Under the pieces are notes generated by a model. The model was given only the letters and a program-made list of their open reading frames with translations. It was not told the origin of the DNA and searched no databases. From the NCBI GenBank assembly GCA_019058275.1, contig JAHLVW010000066.1:32001-96000 (forward strand): a stretch of 64,000 bases of DNA. The letters are read 5' to 3'. Below, one piece after another: positions 47,884 to 58,413 of the stretch. A program made the translations under genes and the position numbers. The DNA comes from Candidatus Heimdallarchaeota archaeon (GTDB lineage Archaea > Asgardarchaeota > Heimdallarchaeia > JABLTI01). Each line of letters starts with the position of its first letter. Within the stretch, counting starts at the first letter, position 1.

Positions 47884-49487
47884 TTCATCACCACATGATT
47901 GCCTGGATCAACTTTTGTTAGGTAATCCTGCATACAATTTAGTAAATTCATTGAATATTTGTTAAGATATTGAAAGATGTTAAAAACTCTTTCTTGTGGT
48001 TTATCCCCTGGAAATAGGTAATCTCGAGCTTTTCGTAGCTGATTTTGTAGAACTTTATTATCATCTTTGACGTACTTTATGTACATTCTTTCAATATTTG
48101 ATAGTTCTTTCATAATATTCTGCTTTCTGTGTTGAGAACGATTTCCAAGTTCTTGATTAAAAGTTAAAAGATTTTCATTTAATTCATCAAGTGTTCTAGA
48201 AATTTGATTGAAATATATATCCAAGAAATCTTTATTATCACTTTTAAGCAAATTAGAAGTAAGTCTATTTAAATCCCTAAGCTCAGCAATATTAAATTTA
48301 TATTTTTCAATAATTCTGTTAATATGTCTTTCAATTACTGTAGCACCAAATCTGAATTGCAAATTAGGTTGAGTTAAACTAAATTCCTTATACAAATCCT
48401 TAATTTGTATATGGTAGCCAATCTCTGAAGGACCTCCGATAAAAATATGTGTTGGGATCATTTGATCTTGAGCAAGAGGTCTAAAAATAGCATTTGTACT
48501 AAATCTTTCTGGATTTGATTGGATTTCATTAGTTATCTCTTCTTTTGTTATTGTTGTTCCATTAGATATTTCATATACTCCATCATTATTCAAAGAAATA
48601 GTATTTCTGTAATATTTCTCATCAATATAGAATAATCCAACTATATTCTCCTTTTTATGCATTTTTGGTTTATAACCAATTTCAGTTAATTTCTTGGTTG
48701 TTTCGAGGAAGATCCTGTTATATTTAATTGGATCTGTTACTAATTTTGTAAAATAGTCTTTTAAGTAAGGTCTGAAAATCCATGGTTCAATTAAAATTAA
48801 CCCCCATTTGCTCATGAGTTTTGACATTAATCTGCTGAAGAATTCACCCCATTTTTTGGATTTATCAAGTGTTTCTTTAATTAGACCTTGATAAAGTTCA
48901 TTGGTAAATTCAGTTACTGGTAATATATCAACAATTTCCTTTAACATGTCACTTATTTGTGTTTTATCAAGCTCACAAACTTCAAGACTTTTACCTGTCA
49001 TGAATTTATCTTCAACAACAAATGGAATAATTTCATTCTGTTTGTTTAATACACAAATATTATTTACTTCTTCCACATCATGATCCTCAGAAGCATTCCA
49101 AAAAAGGGGAATCAAATGTAATTTCTCATCTGAAAACTTCTTTGCATAGTTAATTGCAGAGAGTGTCTTGAAAATGGTATATAACGGTCCTGTGAGAAAG
49201 CCGGGTTGTTGCCCTGTGACAACAAACTTAACCTTTTCATTTTCAACAGATTCGATGTTCTCAAAAACATTTGTTTGTGCACCTATTGATTTATTATATT
49301 TTGTAAGAATTTCCTTTAGTAAACCTCTATCTCCAGTGAAATTGATAGATTGGAATTTAGTAGGTTTCCTATCTATGAAACTGATCATTGGATTTTTACC
49401 ATTAAGATAATCTAATAGCATTGTATTAGGATACATTTTCTCGCGATCAAGTATTTCAAGTTTAATAATATCAGCCATAAATTTCAC
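47868..49487 (-). CDS. bshC: Bacillithiol biosynthesis cysteine-adding enzyme
   Basis: VVTGQQPGFLTGPLYTIFK, FWNASEDHD, GGPSEIGY, PQERVFN. Confidence 0.9.
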   Translation of the reverse strand: MKFMADIIKLEILDREKMYPNTMLLDYLNGKNPMISFIDRKPTKFQSINFTGDRGLLKEILTKYNKSIGAQTNVFENIESVENEKVKFVVTGQQPGFLTGPLYTIFKTLSAINYAKKFSDEKLHLIPLFWNASEDHDVEEVNNICVLNKQNEIIPFVVEDKFMTGKSLEVCELDKTQISDMLKEIVDILPVTEFTNELYQGLIKETLDKSKKWGEFFSRLMSKLMSKWGLILIEPWIFRPYLKDYFTKLVTDPIKYNRIFLETTKKLTEIGYKPKMHKKENIVGLFYIDEKYYRNTISLNNDGVYEISNGTTITKEEITNEIQSNPERFSTNAIFRPLAQDQMIPTHIFIGGPSEIGYHIQIKDLYKEFSLTQPNLQFRFGATVIERHINRIIEKYKFNIAELRDLNRLTSNLLKSDNKDFLDIYFNQISRTLDELNENLLTFNQELGNRSQHRKQNIMKELSNIERMYIKYVKDDNKVLQNQLRKARDYLFPGDKPQERVFNIFQYLNKYSMNLLNCMQDYLTKVDPGNHVVMKCWMF

Positions 49488-49705
49488 ATCAAATATCTAG
49501 CTTAAGGTAAATTATTCACACAAATTTATTTAATTTAATACAGAACAATCTATTTTATGAAATTAAATGTTTAGTTTATTTTATACAAATATATTGATTG
49601 TTCATTTTATTAAGATTGTTTTAGATTTTAAAGAAAAGAATTTAAGGATACTGAACTGTCCTCAATTTAAGAGAAGAATATTAATTTTGAATTTGAGGGT
49701 AAAAA

Positions 49706-50978
49706 ATGTCTGATGATGAAGATAATCCATATGCAAATTTCTTGCAACAACTTGAGAAATCCGCAAAAGTAGCAAATTTGGATCCAGAAGTTCATAAAAT
49801 TTTATGAGAGCCTGAAAGAGAACTAAAAGTATCACTTCCGGTTAGAATGGATGATGGCAAAATTAATGTCTTTATAGGTTATCGAGTTCAACACAGTAAC
49901 TGCTTTAGGCCCCTCGAAAGGCGGGGTTCGTTTTCATCCTAATGTTTCATTAGATGAAGTTAAAGCACTCGCAGCTTGGATGACTTTTAAATGTGCTGTA
50001 GCTGGTTTACCATATGGCAGTGGTAAAGGTGGAGTTATTGTTGAACCACATGATTTGACACAAGGTGAGGTTGAAAGGCTTTCTAGGAGATATTTCTACT
50101 CAATAATGGATATTGTTAATCCTATGAAAGATATCCCAGCTCCTGATGTTAACACAAATAATCAAATTATGAATTGATTTGTTGATACCTACTCAATGAT
50201 AGAAAGGGTCAATACTAATGTAGCAGTAACTGGCAAACCAATAAACTTTGGAGGATCCTTAGGAAGATCATATGCTACAGGAAATGGTGTTCGATTTCAT
50301 ACCATGAGTGCTTTAGAAAAGCTAAACATGAATCCCAAAAAATGTACCTCTGCTGTGCAAGGATTTGGTAATGTTGGTTCATATTCAGCCAAATTCTTCC
50401 AAGATGAAGGTATGAAAGTGGTAGTAGTTTCAGATTATTTTGGTGGAGCTGTTCTTAATAAGAAAGGAATTGATATGAATGATTTAATTAATCATTTCCA
50501 TAAAAAACGAACAATTGCTGGTTACAAAGATGCAGAGCATATTGATGACTTGAATGAGGCCAATAATGCTATCTTAACTGCAGATGTAGATGTCCTTGCA
50601 CCTTGTGCGTTGGAAAATCAAATAACAGATGATAATGCTATGAACGTAAAAGCTAAGATTATTGTAGAAGGAGCAAATGGACCTACGACACCAACTGCTG
50701 ATGAAATGCTACACAAACAAGGTACACTAGTAGTACCAGATATCCTTGCAAACGCTGGTGGTGTAACAGTCTCTTATTTTGAATGGGTTCAGAATTTACA
50801 ATACTATTATTGGACAAAAGATGAAGTAAATACTAAATTGAAGAACTTAATGAATCGTGCTTTTGATAATGTTTGGGATATTAAGGAATCTGAAAACACT
50901 ACTATGCGAGTTTCAGCTTATACTTCAGGTTTAAAACGATTAGAAGAAACCATCAAAATGAGGGGAATATTCACATAG
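49706..50978 (+). pseudogene. Glu/Leu/Phe/Val (glutamate) dehydrogenase, disrupted
   Basis: ATG 49706; TGA 49805-49807; +1 frameshift near 49898 (restores [13 protein letters not shown]); TGA 50175-50177 at a conserved Trp (MN*FVDTY); GGKGG region reads GSGKGG. Confidence 0.88.
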
Positions 50979-51026
50979 AATAAGAAAAAATAAAATGAAA
51001 GATAATTTTCATTATCAATTATCTAC

Positions 51027-52463
51027 TTATTTTTTATTCATGACATACTCATGCATTGCTTTTGCTGTTGTTCTTCCAGCTCCCATAGCTAGAATGACTG
51101 TCGCTGTACCAGTGACAATATCTCCACCTGCATAGACTCCTGGAATGGAAGTTTCACCAGTTTCTTCATTGACAATGACACCACCCCATTTATGAGTTTC
51201 CAATTCAGGTGTGTTTCTAGCAATCAATGGGTTAGGTCTTTGACCGATAGCAATTATGAGAGTATCACATTCAATATCAAAACAAGCTCCATCAATGGGT
51301 AAAGGTCTGCATCTGCCTGATTCATCAGGTTCACCTAATTCACATTCTTGACACTCAAGTCCAATGACATTGTTCTTCTCATCACCCATAATTCCTAATG
51401 GACTAGATAGACAATGGAATTCAACACCTTCATCTTGAGCGTGGTGAATTTCTTCATCTCTGGCAGGTGCTTCTGCAATGGATCTTCTGTAAACAATGTA
51501 AGATTTCTCTGCACCAAGTCTTAGAGCAGTTCTTGCACTATCCATAGCGACATTTCCTGCACCAATGGTTATTACTTTCTTACCAATATTTACAGGGGTA
51601 TCAGAACCATCTGGGAACTTGTAGGCTTCCATTAAATTCGCTCGAGTCAAAAACTCGTTTGCAAAATAGACACCATTTAAACTCTCACCGGGAATTCCTA
51701 GATATCTAGGCAAACCTGCGCCAGTTCCAAGAAAGATGGAATCATAACCCATTTCAAATAAATCATCGAGACTATAAGTAAGACCAATTACAGTATTGTA
51801 TTTGATCTCAACGCCCATCTGTTCAAGAGTTTCAATTTCTTCAGCAAGAATTGTTTTTGGTAAACGAAATTCAGGGATACCATAAATTAAAACTCCTCCA
51901 CCCTTGTGAAAAGCTTCAAACAAGGTTACTTTGTGGCCAAATCTAGCTAAATCTGCAGCAGCAACTAATCCAGCAGGACCAGAACCAACAACAGCAATTT
52001 TCTTACCAGTTGATTTTGCTACTTCAGGAGTTGTTCTACCACGTTCACGCTCCCAATCAGCTAAGAATCGCTCTAAACGACCAATTCCTACAGGATCCCA
52101 ACCTTCTTTCTTACCTAAAAGACAAGCTGCTTCACATTGAGATTCTTGTGGACAAACTCTACCACAAATTGCAGGCAAAATATTAGTTTCTTTGATAATC
52201 TTTATACCATTTTTGAAATCTTTTTGGAGGATAGCATCAATGAATGCTGGGATATTAATATCAACAGGACAACCTTCTTGACAGAAAGCTCTTCTACAAT
52301 GAAGACATCGTTCAGCTTCTAAAACAGCTTCAGCTTCAGTGTAACCAAAAGGAACTTCTAAATAATTCTTAATTCGATCCTTTGGTTTTTGTTCCTTCAT
52401 AGAGGTTTTCTTAGGGGTTTTATCACTTCTTTTGTGAACTTTCTTTTTTGTTTCTTCGGTCAT
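51027..52463 (-). CDS. NfnB/SudA (GltD-like) flavo-iron-sulfur subunit
   Basis: EAERCLHC...CP, CGRVCPQESQCE, GSGPAGL, YGIPEFRLPK, GAGNVAMD, GGDIVTG; start ATG 52463 overlaps the upstream stop (ATGA). Confidence 0.88.
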   Translation of the reverse strand: MTEETKKKVHKRSDKTPKKTSMKEQKPKDRIKNYLEVPFGYTEAEAVLEAERCLHCRRAFCQEGCPVDINIPAFIDAILQKDFKNGIKIIKETNILPAICGRVCPQESQCEAACLLGKKEGWDPVGIGRLERFLADWERERGRTTPEVAKSTGKKIAVVGSGPAGLVAAADLARFGHKVTLFEAFHKGGGVLIYGIPEFRLPKTILAEEIETLEQMGVEIKYNTVIGLTYSLDDLFEMGYDSIFLGTGAGLPRYLGIPGESLNGVYFANEFLTRANLMEAYKFPDGSDTPVNIGKKVITIGAGNVAMDSARTALRLGAEKSYIVYRRSIAEAPARDEEIHHAQDEGVEFHCLSSPLGIMGDEKNNVIGLECQECELGEPDESGRCRPLPIDGACFDIECDTLIIAIGQRPNPLIARNTPELETHKWGGVIVNEETGETSIPGVYAGGDIVTGTATVILAMGAGRTTAKAMHEYVMNKK

Positions 52464-53320
52464 TTGTGTTTTCCTCCACAACCATATTCTTTGTTGTATC
52501 TATCCAAAGCAGTTTTTTCGTATTTCTTGTATTGATCTAACCTATTCAACAGCTCATCAAAATCAACTTTGTAAGCATCAAATTCTGGTCCATCGACACA
52601 AGCAAATTGAATTTTACCATCAATTGTAACTCTGCAAGATCCACACATTCCAGTCCCGTCAACCATTATAGGATTTAAACTTGCTATTGTTGGGATGTTG
52701 TATTTCTTAGTTATTTGAGCTACAAATTTCATCATTATTGTTGGTCCAACTGTGAAAATCATATCAAATTTCTTACCTTCTTTCTTAAGGTCTTCAATAG
52801 CATTTTCTAACAAGTGAGTTGTGAACCCCTTCAACCCTTTAGATCCATCATCTGTACAGTATTGCATTTCTTCACAATATTGAGACATCTCATCTTCCCA
52901 AACTAATAGGTCTTCAGTTCTGGCTCCAACCATTCCTATGACAGTATTTCCAGCTTCCTTCATTTCTTTAGCAACTAGATTTGCTAGTGGAATACCCAAA
53001 CCACCTGAAACGATACCTACAGTACCATACTTCTCTACTTCAGTTGGTTTACCTAAGGGTCCAACAACATCTTGAATGAAATCGCCTTTCTCAAGAGTTG
53101 AAAGAAGTTTTGTGGATTGACCAATAACTTGGATAATACAAGTTACTGTTCCTTTTTTCCTATCATATTCAGCTACTGTGATAGGAATTCTTTCAGCTCC
53201 TTCTCTCATTCTGAGAACAAGAAAATTACCTGCTCTAATTTTCTTAGCTATTTGAGGAGCTTTAATTTCTATTAGGAATATGACTTCATGAAGCCATTCT
53301 TTCTTTACAATCTCAAACAT
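52460..53320 (-). CDS. NfnA/SudB ferredoxin-NADP reductase subunit
   Basis: ERIPIT, GPLG, TDDGS.G, SLNPIMVDGTGMCGSCRV, ACVDGPEFD. Confidence 0.9.
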   Translation of the reverse strand: MFEIVKKEWLHEVIFLIEIKAPQIAKKIRAGNFLVLRMREGAERIPITVAEYDRKKGTVTCIIQVIGQSTKLLSTLEKGDFIQDVVGPLGKPTEVEKYGTVGIVSGGLGIPLANLVAKEMKEAGNTVIGMVGARTEDLLVWEDEMSQYCEEMQYCTDDGSKGLKGFTTHLLENAIEDLKKEGKKFDMIFTVGPTIMMKFVAQITKKYNIPTIASLNPIMVDGTGMCGSCRVTIDGKIQFACVDGPEFDAYKVDFDELLNRLDQYKKYEKTALDRYNKEYGCGGKHK

Positions 53321-53483
53321 TAAGTAATTCCTCGAACGAACTATTTAAAATTGCGACAATCTTTTTTTAGATTCAATAAAAATGTTATGATTTTAACGTA
53401 TTTTCACAATAATTTCAAAAGATAGTTGAAAATAGAAAAAAAGAGGTATAAAGGGCAAGAAAAAATTACCCTGTAATGTGATT

Positions 53484-54854
53484 TTATATAATACCTTGTG
53501 CAAGCATTGCTTTTGCAACTTTCAAGAAACCAGCGATATTAGCACCGATTACATAATTTCCTGGTTTACCAAATTCTTCAGCAGTCTTGTAAACAGTATC
53601 ATGAATGTTGATCATGATTTTGTGAAGTCTACCCAAAACTTCATCTTTTGTCCATGCAAGTCTCAAGCTGTTTTGAGACATTTCAAGACCAGAAGTTGAT
53701 ACACCGCCGGCATTAGCTGCTTTACCTGGACCGAAGGAAACACCTTTCTCAATGAAATAGTCAACACCTTCTGGAACAGTTGGCATATTTGCACCTTCGC
53801 AAACAGCAATACAACCATTCTTAACAAGTGCTTTAGCTTCATCCAAGTCAACTTCGTTTTGAGTTGCGCTTGGGAAGGCAATTTCTATATCAGGAACGTA
53901 CCATGGACTCTTGAGATCTTTGTGTTCATTATAGGTGTAGTATTCAACACCTTTGTATTTTTCAGTGTATTCTTTGATTCTACCACGTTTGACGTTCTTC
54001 AAGTTCATGACATATACTAATTTCTTCTTATCAATACCATCTTTGTCAATAATGAAACCAGATGAATCAGATAAGGTAATACATTTACCACCTAATTTGT
54101 TGATTTGTTCAACTGTGAATTGAGCAACGTTACCTGAACCAGAAACTGCACAGATTTTTTCTTTAAGACCAGCTTTATCACCTCGAGCTTTGACCATTTC
54201 TTCAGCAAACCAAACAGAACCATAACCAGTTGCTTCTGGTCTACCAAGGGAACCACCATATTCAGGGGCTTTACCGGTTAAGACACCATGGAAAACGTTT
54301 TTGATTTTACGATATTGACCGAACATATAGCCAATTTCACGAGCACCAACACCAATATCTCCTGCTGGAACATCAAAATCAGCATCTATGTACTTGTAGA
54401 GCTCGGTCATAAGTGATTGACAGAATCTCATGACTTCACCATCAGATTTTCCTTTTGGATCGAAGTCAGAACCACCTTTACCACCGCCCATAGGCAAACC
54501 TGTTAAAGCGTTTTTGAATAATTGTTCAAAAGCTAAGAATTTAAGAATACCATCATAAACTGAAGGATGGAATCTCATACCACCTTTGTAAGGACCTATA
54601 CTCCCTGAAAATTGTATCCTAAATCCTCTGTTTACTTGCACCTTTCCTTTATCATCTACCCATGGTACTCTGAAGTGTATTACTCTTTCAGGTTCCACTA
54701 GTCTCTCAAGGATTCCAGCTTCCACAAATTCTGGATATTTCTCTAGTGCCGGTTCTATTGAATCCAGAACTTCTTTCACTGCTTGGTGAAATTCTGGTTC
54801 ATGTTTATTTCTTTCCAATACTTGCTTGTATATTGGATCTGTAATCTTTCCCAT
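53484..54854 (-). CDS. gdhA: NADP-specific glutamate dehydrogenase
   Basis: EPEFHQAV, GPYKGGMRFHPSV, GGGKGGSDFDPKGKSD, RPEATGYG, KAANAGGV. Confidence 0.93.
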   Translation of the reverse strand: MGKITDPIYKQVLERNKHEPEFHQAVKEVLDSIEPALEKYPEFVEAGILERLVEPERVIHFRVPWVDDKGKVQVNRGFRIQFSGSIGPYKGGMRFHPSVYDGILKFLAFEQLFKNALTGLPMGGGKGGSDFDPKGKSDGEVMRFCQSLMTELYKYIDADFDVPAGDIGVGAREIGYMFGQYRKIKNVFHGVLTGKAPEYGGSLGRPEATGYGSVWFAEEMVKARGDKAGLKEKICAVSGSGNVAQFTVEQINKLGGKCITLSDSSGFIIDKDGIDKKKLVYVMNLKNVKRGRIKEYTEKYKGVEYYTYNEHKDLKSPWYVPDIEIAFPSATQNEVDLDEAKALVKNGCIAVCEGANMPTVPEGVDYFIEKGVSFGPGKAANAGGVSTSGLEMSQNSLRLAWTKDEVLGRLHKIMINIHDTVYKTAEEFGKPGNYVIGANIAGFLKVAKAMLAQGII

Positions 54855-54903
54855 TTTGAATTTACCTCAATTGCATTTCTTCGAGGATAATTATTAACTA
54901 TAA

Positions 54904-54946
54904 AACTTCACTCTAGAAGTTAACTTTCCCTTCATCGATGAAGTTA
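54904..54946. promoter_or_regulatory. Tandem palindromes CTTC-N6-GAAG upstream of gdhA (putative operators)
   Basis: aacttc-actcta-gaagtt at 54904-54921 and perfect cttcatcgatgaag at 54930-54943; both end in gaagtta. Confidence 0.5.
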
Positions 54947-55151
54947 CGACTGCTAAAAGTTTTGGGCATATTTAAGAACTTTTTCCAATTTCTGTAAATA
55001 GCTATTTAGCATCTGCTTTTAGACTGAACTTTTTTCTTCTTTATATTTTTTTCACATGTTTTCGATAATTGTGATAGGTTTAAATTATTTTAACAACTCT
55101 TTTTACTTGAAATATACTCAATTTGATTGATATTTAGCTCTTAAGTACAAA

Positions 55152-55710
55152 ATGGTGGTTGTTATTTCACGAATAAATAGAACAGATAGAAATCTAATAG
55201 GATTGATTGTAGCTAGTATTATTATTACCTCATTTGTTTGGATTGGTGATGTTGCATCATGGGCTTATCTAGGCAATGGTTTTGTTAATGATTTTGTTTT
55301 GCTTATAATAGCTATTCTATTGACTCTTGGTACTATTTTTTTAATTCGTTTCAATCAAAATAAGAAAGTCTCTTCTACTCGCTACAGAGACACAAAAAAA
55401 GCATCCAACTATTGAATCCGAAAAGAAGAGCAAAGTCAGATCTCATAAAAAAGCAACGTTATCTTGTTCTAGTTGTGGTGAATTATTTCCAGTTAATGAA
55501 ACTCATTGTTCTTCTTGTGGATCAGCTAAACCAGTTTGTGTTGTTTGCTTATCAGATCTTGAAATTGAGCATGAAGTTGTTAAATTAAATTGCTGTTCAG
55601 AATACTCTCATAAAGAACATATAATCAATTGGTTAAATGTTAAAGGTTTTTGCCCAAAATACAATAAAAAAATTGAAAAAAATGATTGGGTGAGTTTTGT
55701 ATTAGATTAA
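55152..55710 (+). pseudogene. 2-TM + Zn-ribbon + RING protein, +1 frameshift in the A7 run at 55394-55400
   Basis: Second frame reads CSSCG...CSSCG..KPVCVVC...CC...HKEHIINW...CPKY and ends TAA 55708-55710; last RING Cys is Tyr. Confidence 0.72.
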
Positions 55711-55727
55711 GCTCATCATCAATTTAG

Positions 55728-56426
55728 TTATTTTTCAGATTTTGGAACTGAAATTACTCGAAATGATGCATGTTTCAATTTGTTGAGTTTATTTAGATTA
55801 ATCACTAATGCTGTCATCTGTTCTGTTGTTCGTGAGAACATCAATGGTCCTGCATTTAGAACTCTTAAACTCTTAATTTTGCTTAGTATGTTTATTAGTT
55901 TGCTTTTAGCATCTACATCGTTTGATGTTAGGAAAACATCGACGTCTAATGGATGTTCTAATCTATTTAATTTCGCAGCTGAAACTGTTTTGAATGCTCC
56001 CACAACAGAAATACTTTCTGGAACTTTTGCTTGAATACACTCACTAACTGAAGGATAGGTTGCTTCATCAGTACAAATTCCATCATCACAATATGCTAAA
56101 CCTGTTTCAAAAGACAAAGGAACAATTACATCTACTAATATTGTATTAGGTTTCATATCATTTACTAACCCATCTAGTGTATTTATGAGGTACTCTGGTG
56201 GTACAACTAAAAAGATAATATCACATTGTTTGACAACTTCGTTATTATTATCCCCAACGAATTGATCAGTTGATAACCTTGCATTTAACTCTTCAGCAAT
56301 TTTAGTTGCTTTCTCTGTTGATCTTGATCCAATCATTACTTTGTAACCAGCTTGAGCTAATCTAAGTGCTATACCTTGGCTTTGCTTACCAGTTCCCGGA
56401 ATCATACCTATTTTTCTTTCAGTCAT
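55728..56426 (-). CDS. npdG: NADPH-dependent F420 reductase
   Basis: GTGKQSQGIALR, IGSRS.EKA, VVGAFKTVSA, NAGPL. Confidence 0.85.
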   Translation of the reverse strand: MTERKIGMIPGTGKQSQGIALRLAQAGYKVMIGSRSTEKATKIAEELNARLSTDQFVGDNNNEVVKQCDIIFLVVPPEYLINTLDGLVNDMKPNTILVDVIVPLSFETGLAYCDDGICTDEATYPSVSECIQAKVPESISVVGAFKTVSAAKLNRLEHPLDVDVFLTSNDVDAKSKLINILSKIKSLRVLNAGPLMFSRTTEQMTALVINLNKLNKLKHASFRVISVPKSEK

Positions 56427-56623
56427 AGAAACACACTCATGTACAGTTAATGAACATTGATAGAGTAAATCACAAGTAGGTGCTTAAAAATTATTGTGCA
56501 ATAGTTAAAATCAAGATTTACAGTCCTTCACTATGAGTGAAGATTTATAAATTAACTATAAGAATAATGAAATTAGATTCTAGAGATAATATTGGAACTA
56601 AAGCAAATTTGGAGATAATTATT

Positions 56624-57877
56624 ATGTCAAAAGCAGCCTCGTCGTTTGAAACCTATAAGATAAAGCAAAGCATCGAGCGACTCGAGAGAAAGAAATCATT
56701 CAATGGTGCTACTTGCTTAGTAACACTTTATATGCCAAACGGCACATCAATTCCTGATGTAACTCAGCAGTTAGTTGATGAAAGAGGTACTGCTGCTAAC
56801 ATTAAAAGTAAACAAACAAGCAAAGCTGTGACTGCTGCTTTATCAAGCATTCTTAATAGAATAAAGCAAATAAGAGATCTACCTAATAATGGCTTAGTCA
56901 TTTTTTGTGGTATGACTCAAAACGGAAAAGTTGAATACATTCCGATAACTCCTGTTGAACCAATAACCAGAAAGATGTACGTATGCGATTCAAGATTCCA
57001 TACAGAGCATTTAAGGGAACAACTCGAGGAAAAAGAGCAATTTGGTCTTATGGTAGTAGACAGAGAAACTGCTGCCTATGCTTTACTAAGAGGTAATCAT
57101 ATGACCTTTTTGAGAAATCTTCATTCATTTGTTCCAGGTAAGCATGGTAAAGGTGGCCAATCACAAAGACGTATACAAAGAGGTACTGAAATTCTTGCAC
57201 AAGATCATCTTAGAAGAGCTGGAGAAGTTGCAAGTAAGCTCTTCTTAGAAGTACCTGACTTGAAAGGAATAGTCCTAGGTGGTCCATCTCTAGCTAAAGA
57301 AAATTTTGTCAGAGGAAATTTCCTAGATTTTCGTTTAACAGATAAGGTTCTAGGAACAGTCGACACTGGCTACACTGGAGAGCAAGGAATTAGAGAATTA
57401 ATGGAGAAATCTTCTGAAATATTGAAAGATGTTTGCTACTTGAAAGAAAAACAATTAGTTCAGATTTTTCTTAGAGAATTAGGAAAAGATACTGGTCAAG
57501 TAGCCTATGGTCAAAAGGAAGTTATGAAGGCTATTGAACTAGGAGCAGTAAAGACATTACTCATTAGTGAAGAATTGGATGTATTTCAAACAAAGGTTCT
57601 TTGCCCACAATGTAACTACACGAAACAAGAAGCAGTAAAAGCAAAAGAATTCGTTGAATTTGAAGAAGAGATACTAAAACGCAATTGTCCTGAATGTGGT
57701 AGCTCAAAATTATCAATTGAGGATACAATCGATTTTGTTGAAGAGTTAGGTAAACGAGCTGTTGAAATCGGTGCTGAAATTGAAATTGTTAGCACAGATA
57801 CAGAAGAAGGTATGATTCTTTACAAATCATTTGGTGGACTAGTTGCTATCTTAAGATATTCTATAAGAGAAATGTAA
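56624..57877 (+). CDS. prf1: Peptide chain release factor aRF1
   Basis: NIKS, YVCDSRF, GGQS, GGLVAILRY; ATG 56624 follows GGAG SD. Confidence 0.95.
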   Translation: MSKAASSFETYKIKQSIERLERKKSFNGATCLVTLYMPNGTSIPDVTQQLVDERGTAANIKSKQTSKAVTAALSSILNRIKQIRDLPNNGLVIFCGMTQNGKVEYIPITPVEPITRKMYVCDSRFHTEHLREQLEEKEQFGLMVVDRETAAYALLRGNHMTFLRNLHSFVPGKHGKGGQSQRRIQRGTEILAQDHLRRAGEVASKLFLEVPDLKGIVLGGPSLAKENFVRGNFLDFRLTDKVLGTVDTGYTGEQGIRELMEKSSEILKDVCYLKEKQLVQIFLRELGKDTGQVAYGQKEVMKAIELGAVKTLLISEELDVFQTKVLCPQCNYTKQEAVKAKEFVEFEEEILKRNCPECGSSKLSIEDTIDFVEELGKRAVEIGAEIEIVSTDTEEGMILYKSFGGLVAILRYSIREM

Positions 57878-57902
57878 AAAGAAGAAAGAATTAAACCTAG
57901 AT

Positions 57903-58301
57903 TTATCTCCTTTTGTATTTTCTTTTGAAAGGTGGTCTATAGTCATCAGGTGGTTTTGGGAAATTATTTGGTATTTTCTCTGTTTCTGGAAATTCAGCAT
58001 CTTCTTCAATTTTTACCAATTCACCATATTTTCCTATATTTAACCTCAACTCACTACGTATAACTTTGATAAACCCATTTCTAACCTCACCTATATCTCC
58101 ATCATTAATCAAATCTATATTTTGATCCCATAATGTTAGATAAATTCTCCCAGTTTCATCTCCAACCTCTACTTCAGATAATCTTAATTCCTTTCCATCT
58201 CCAGAGATAATTTCACGAATCTCTCCTTTGCTTATCACACGAAAACGAATATCGATATTCCTCATATCTGCTTTTAAATTTACAATTTTCATTAACATCA
58301 C
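57903..58301 (-). CDS. Single OB-fold ssDNA-binding protein
   Basis: VGDETGRIYLTLW, NGF...LRLNIGKYG, basic tail. Confidence 0.85.
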   Translation of the reverse strand: MMLMKIVNLKADMRNIDIRFRVISKGEIREIISGDGKELRLSEVEVGDETGRIYLTLWDQNIDLINDGDIGEVRNGFIKVIRSELRLNIGKYGELVKIEEDAEFPETEKIPNNFPKPPDDYRPPFKRKYKRR

Positions 58302-58413
58302 TTCTTTTTTTTCGAAATAATAACTCTACTGAAAATTAGTTATTAATATAAGTAATGGTCTCACACAATAAATATAGTTATACTAATGAAATTCTTATGA
58401 TTGGTGCAACCTG

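Noticed and set aside
56537-56623. N-terminal extension of aRF1 in the ORF track (similarly Pth2 24293-24379)
   Set aside because: A downstream ATG matches the family N-terminus; for aRF1 it also follows an SD.
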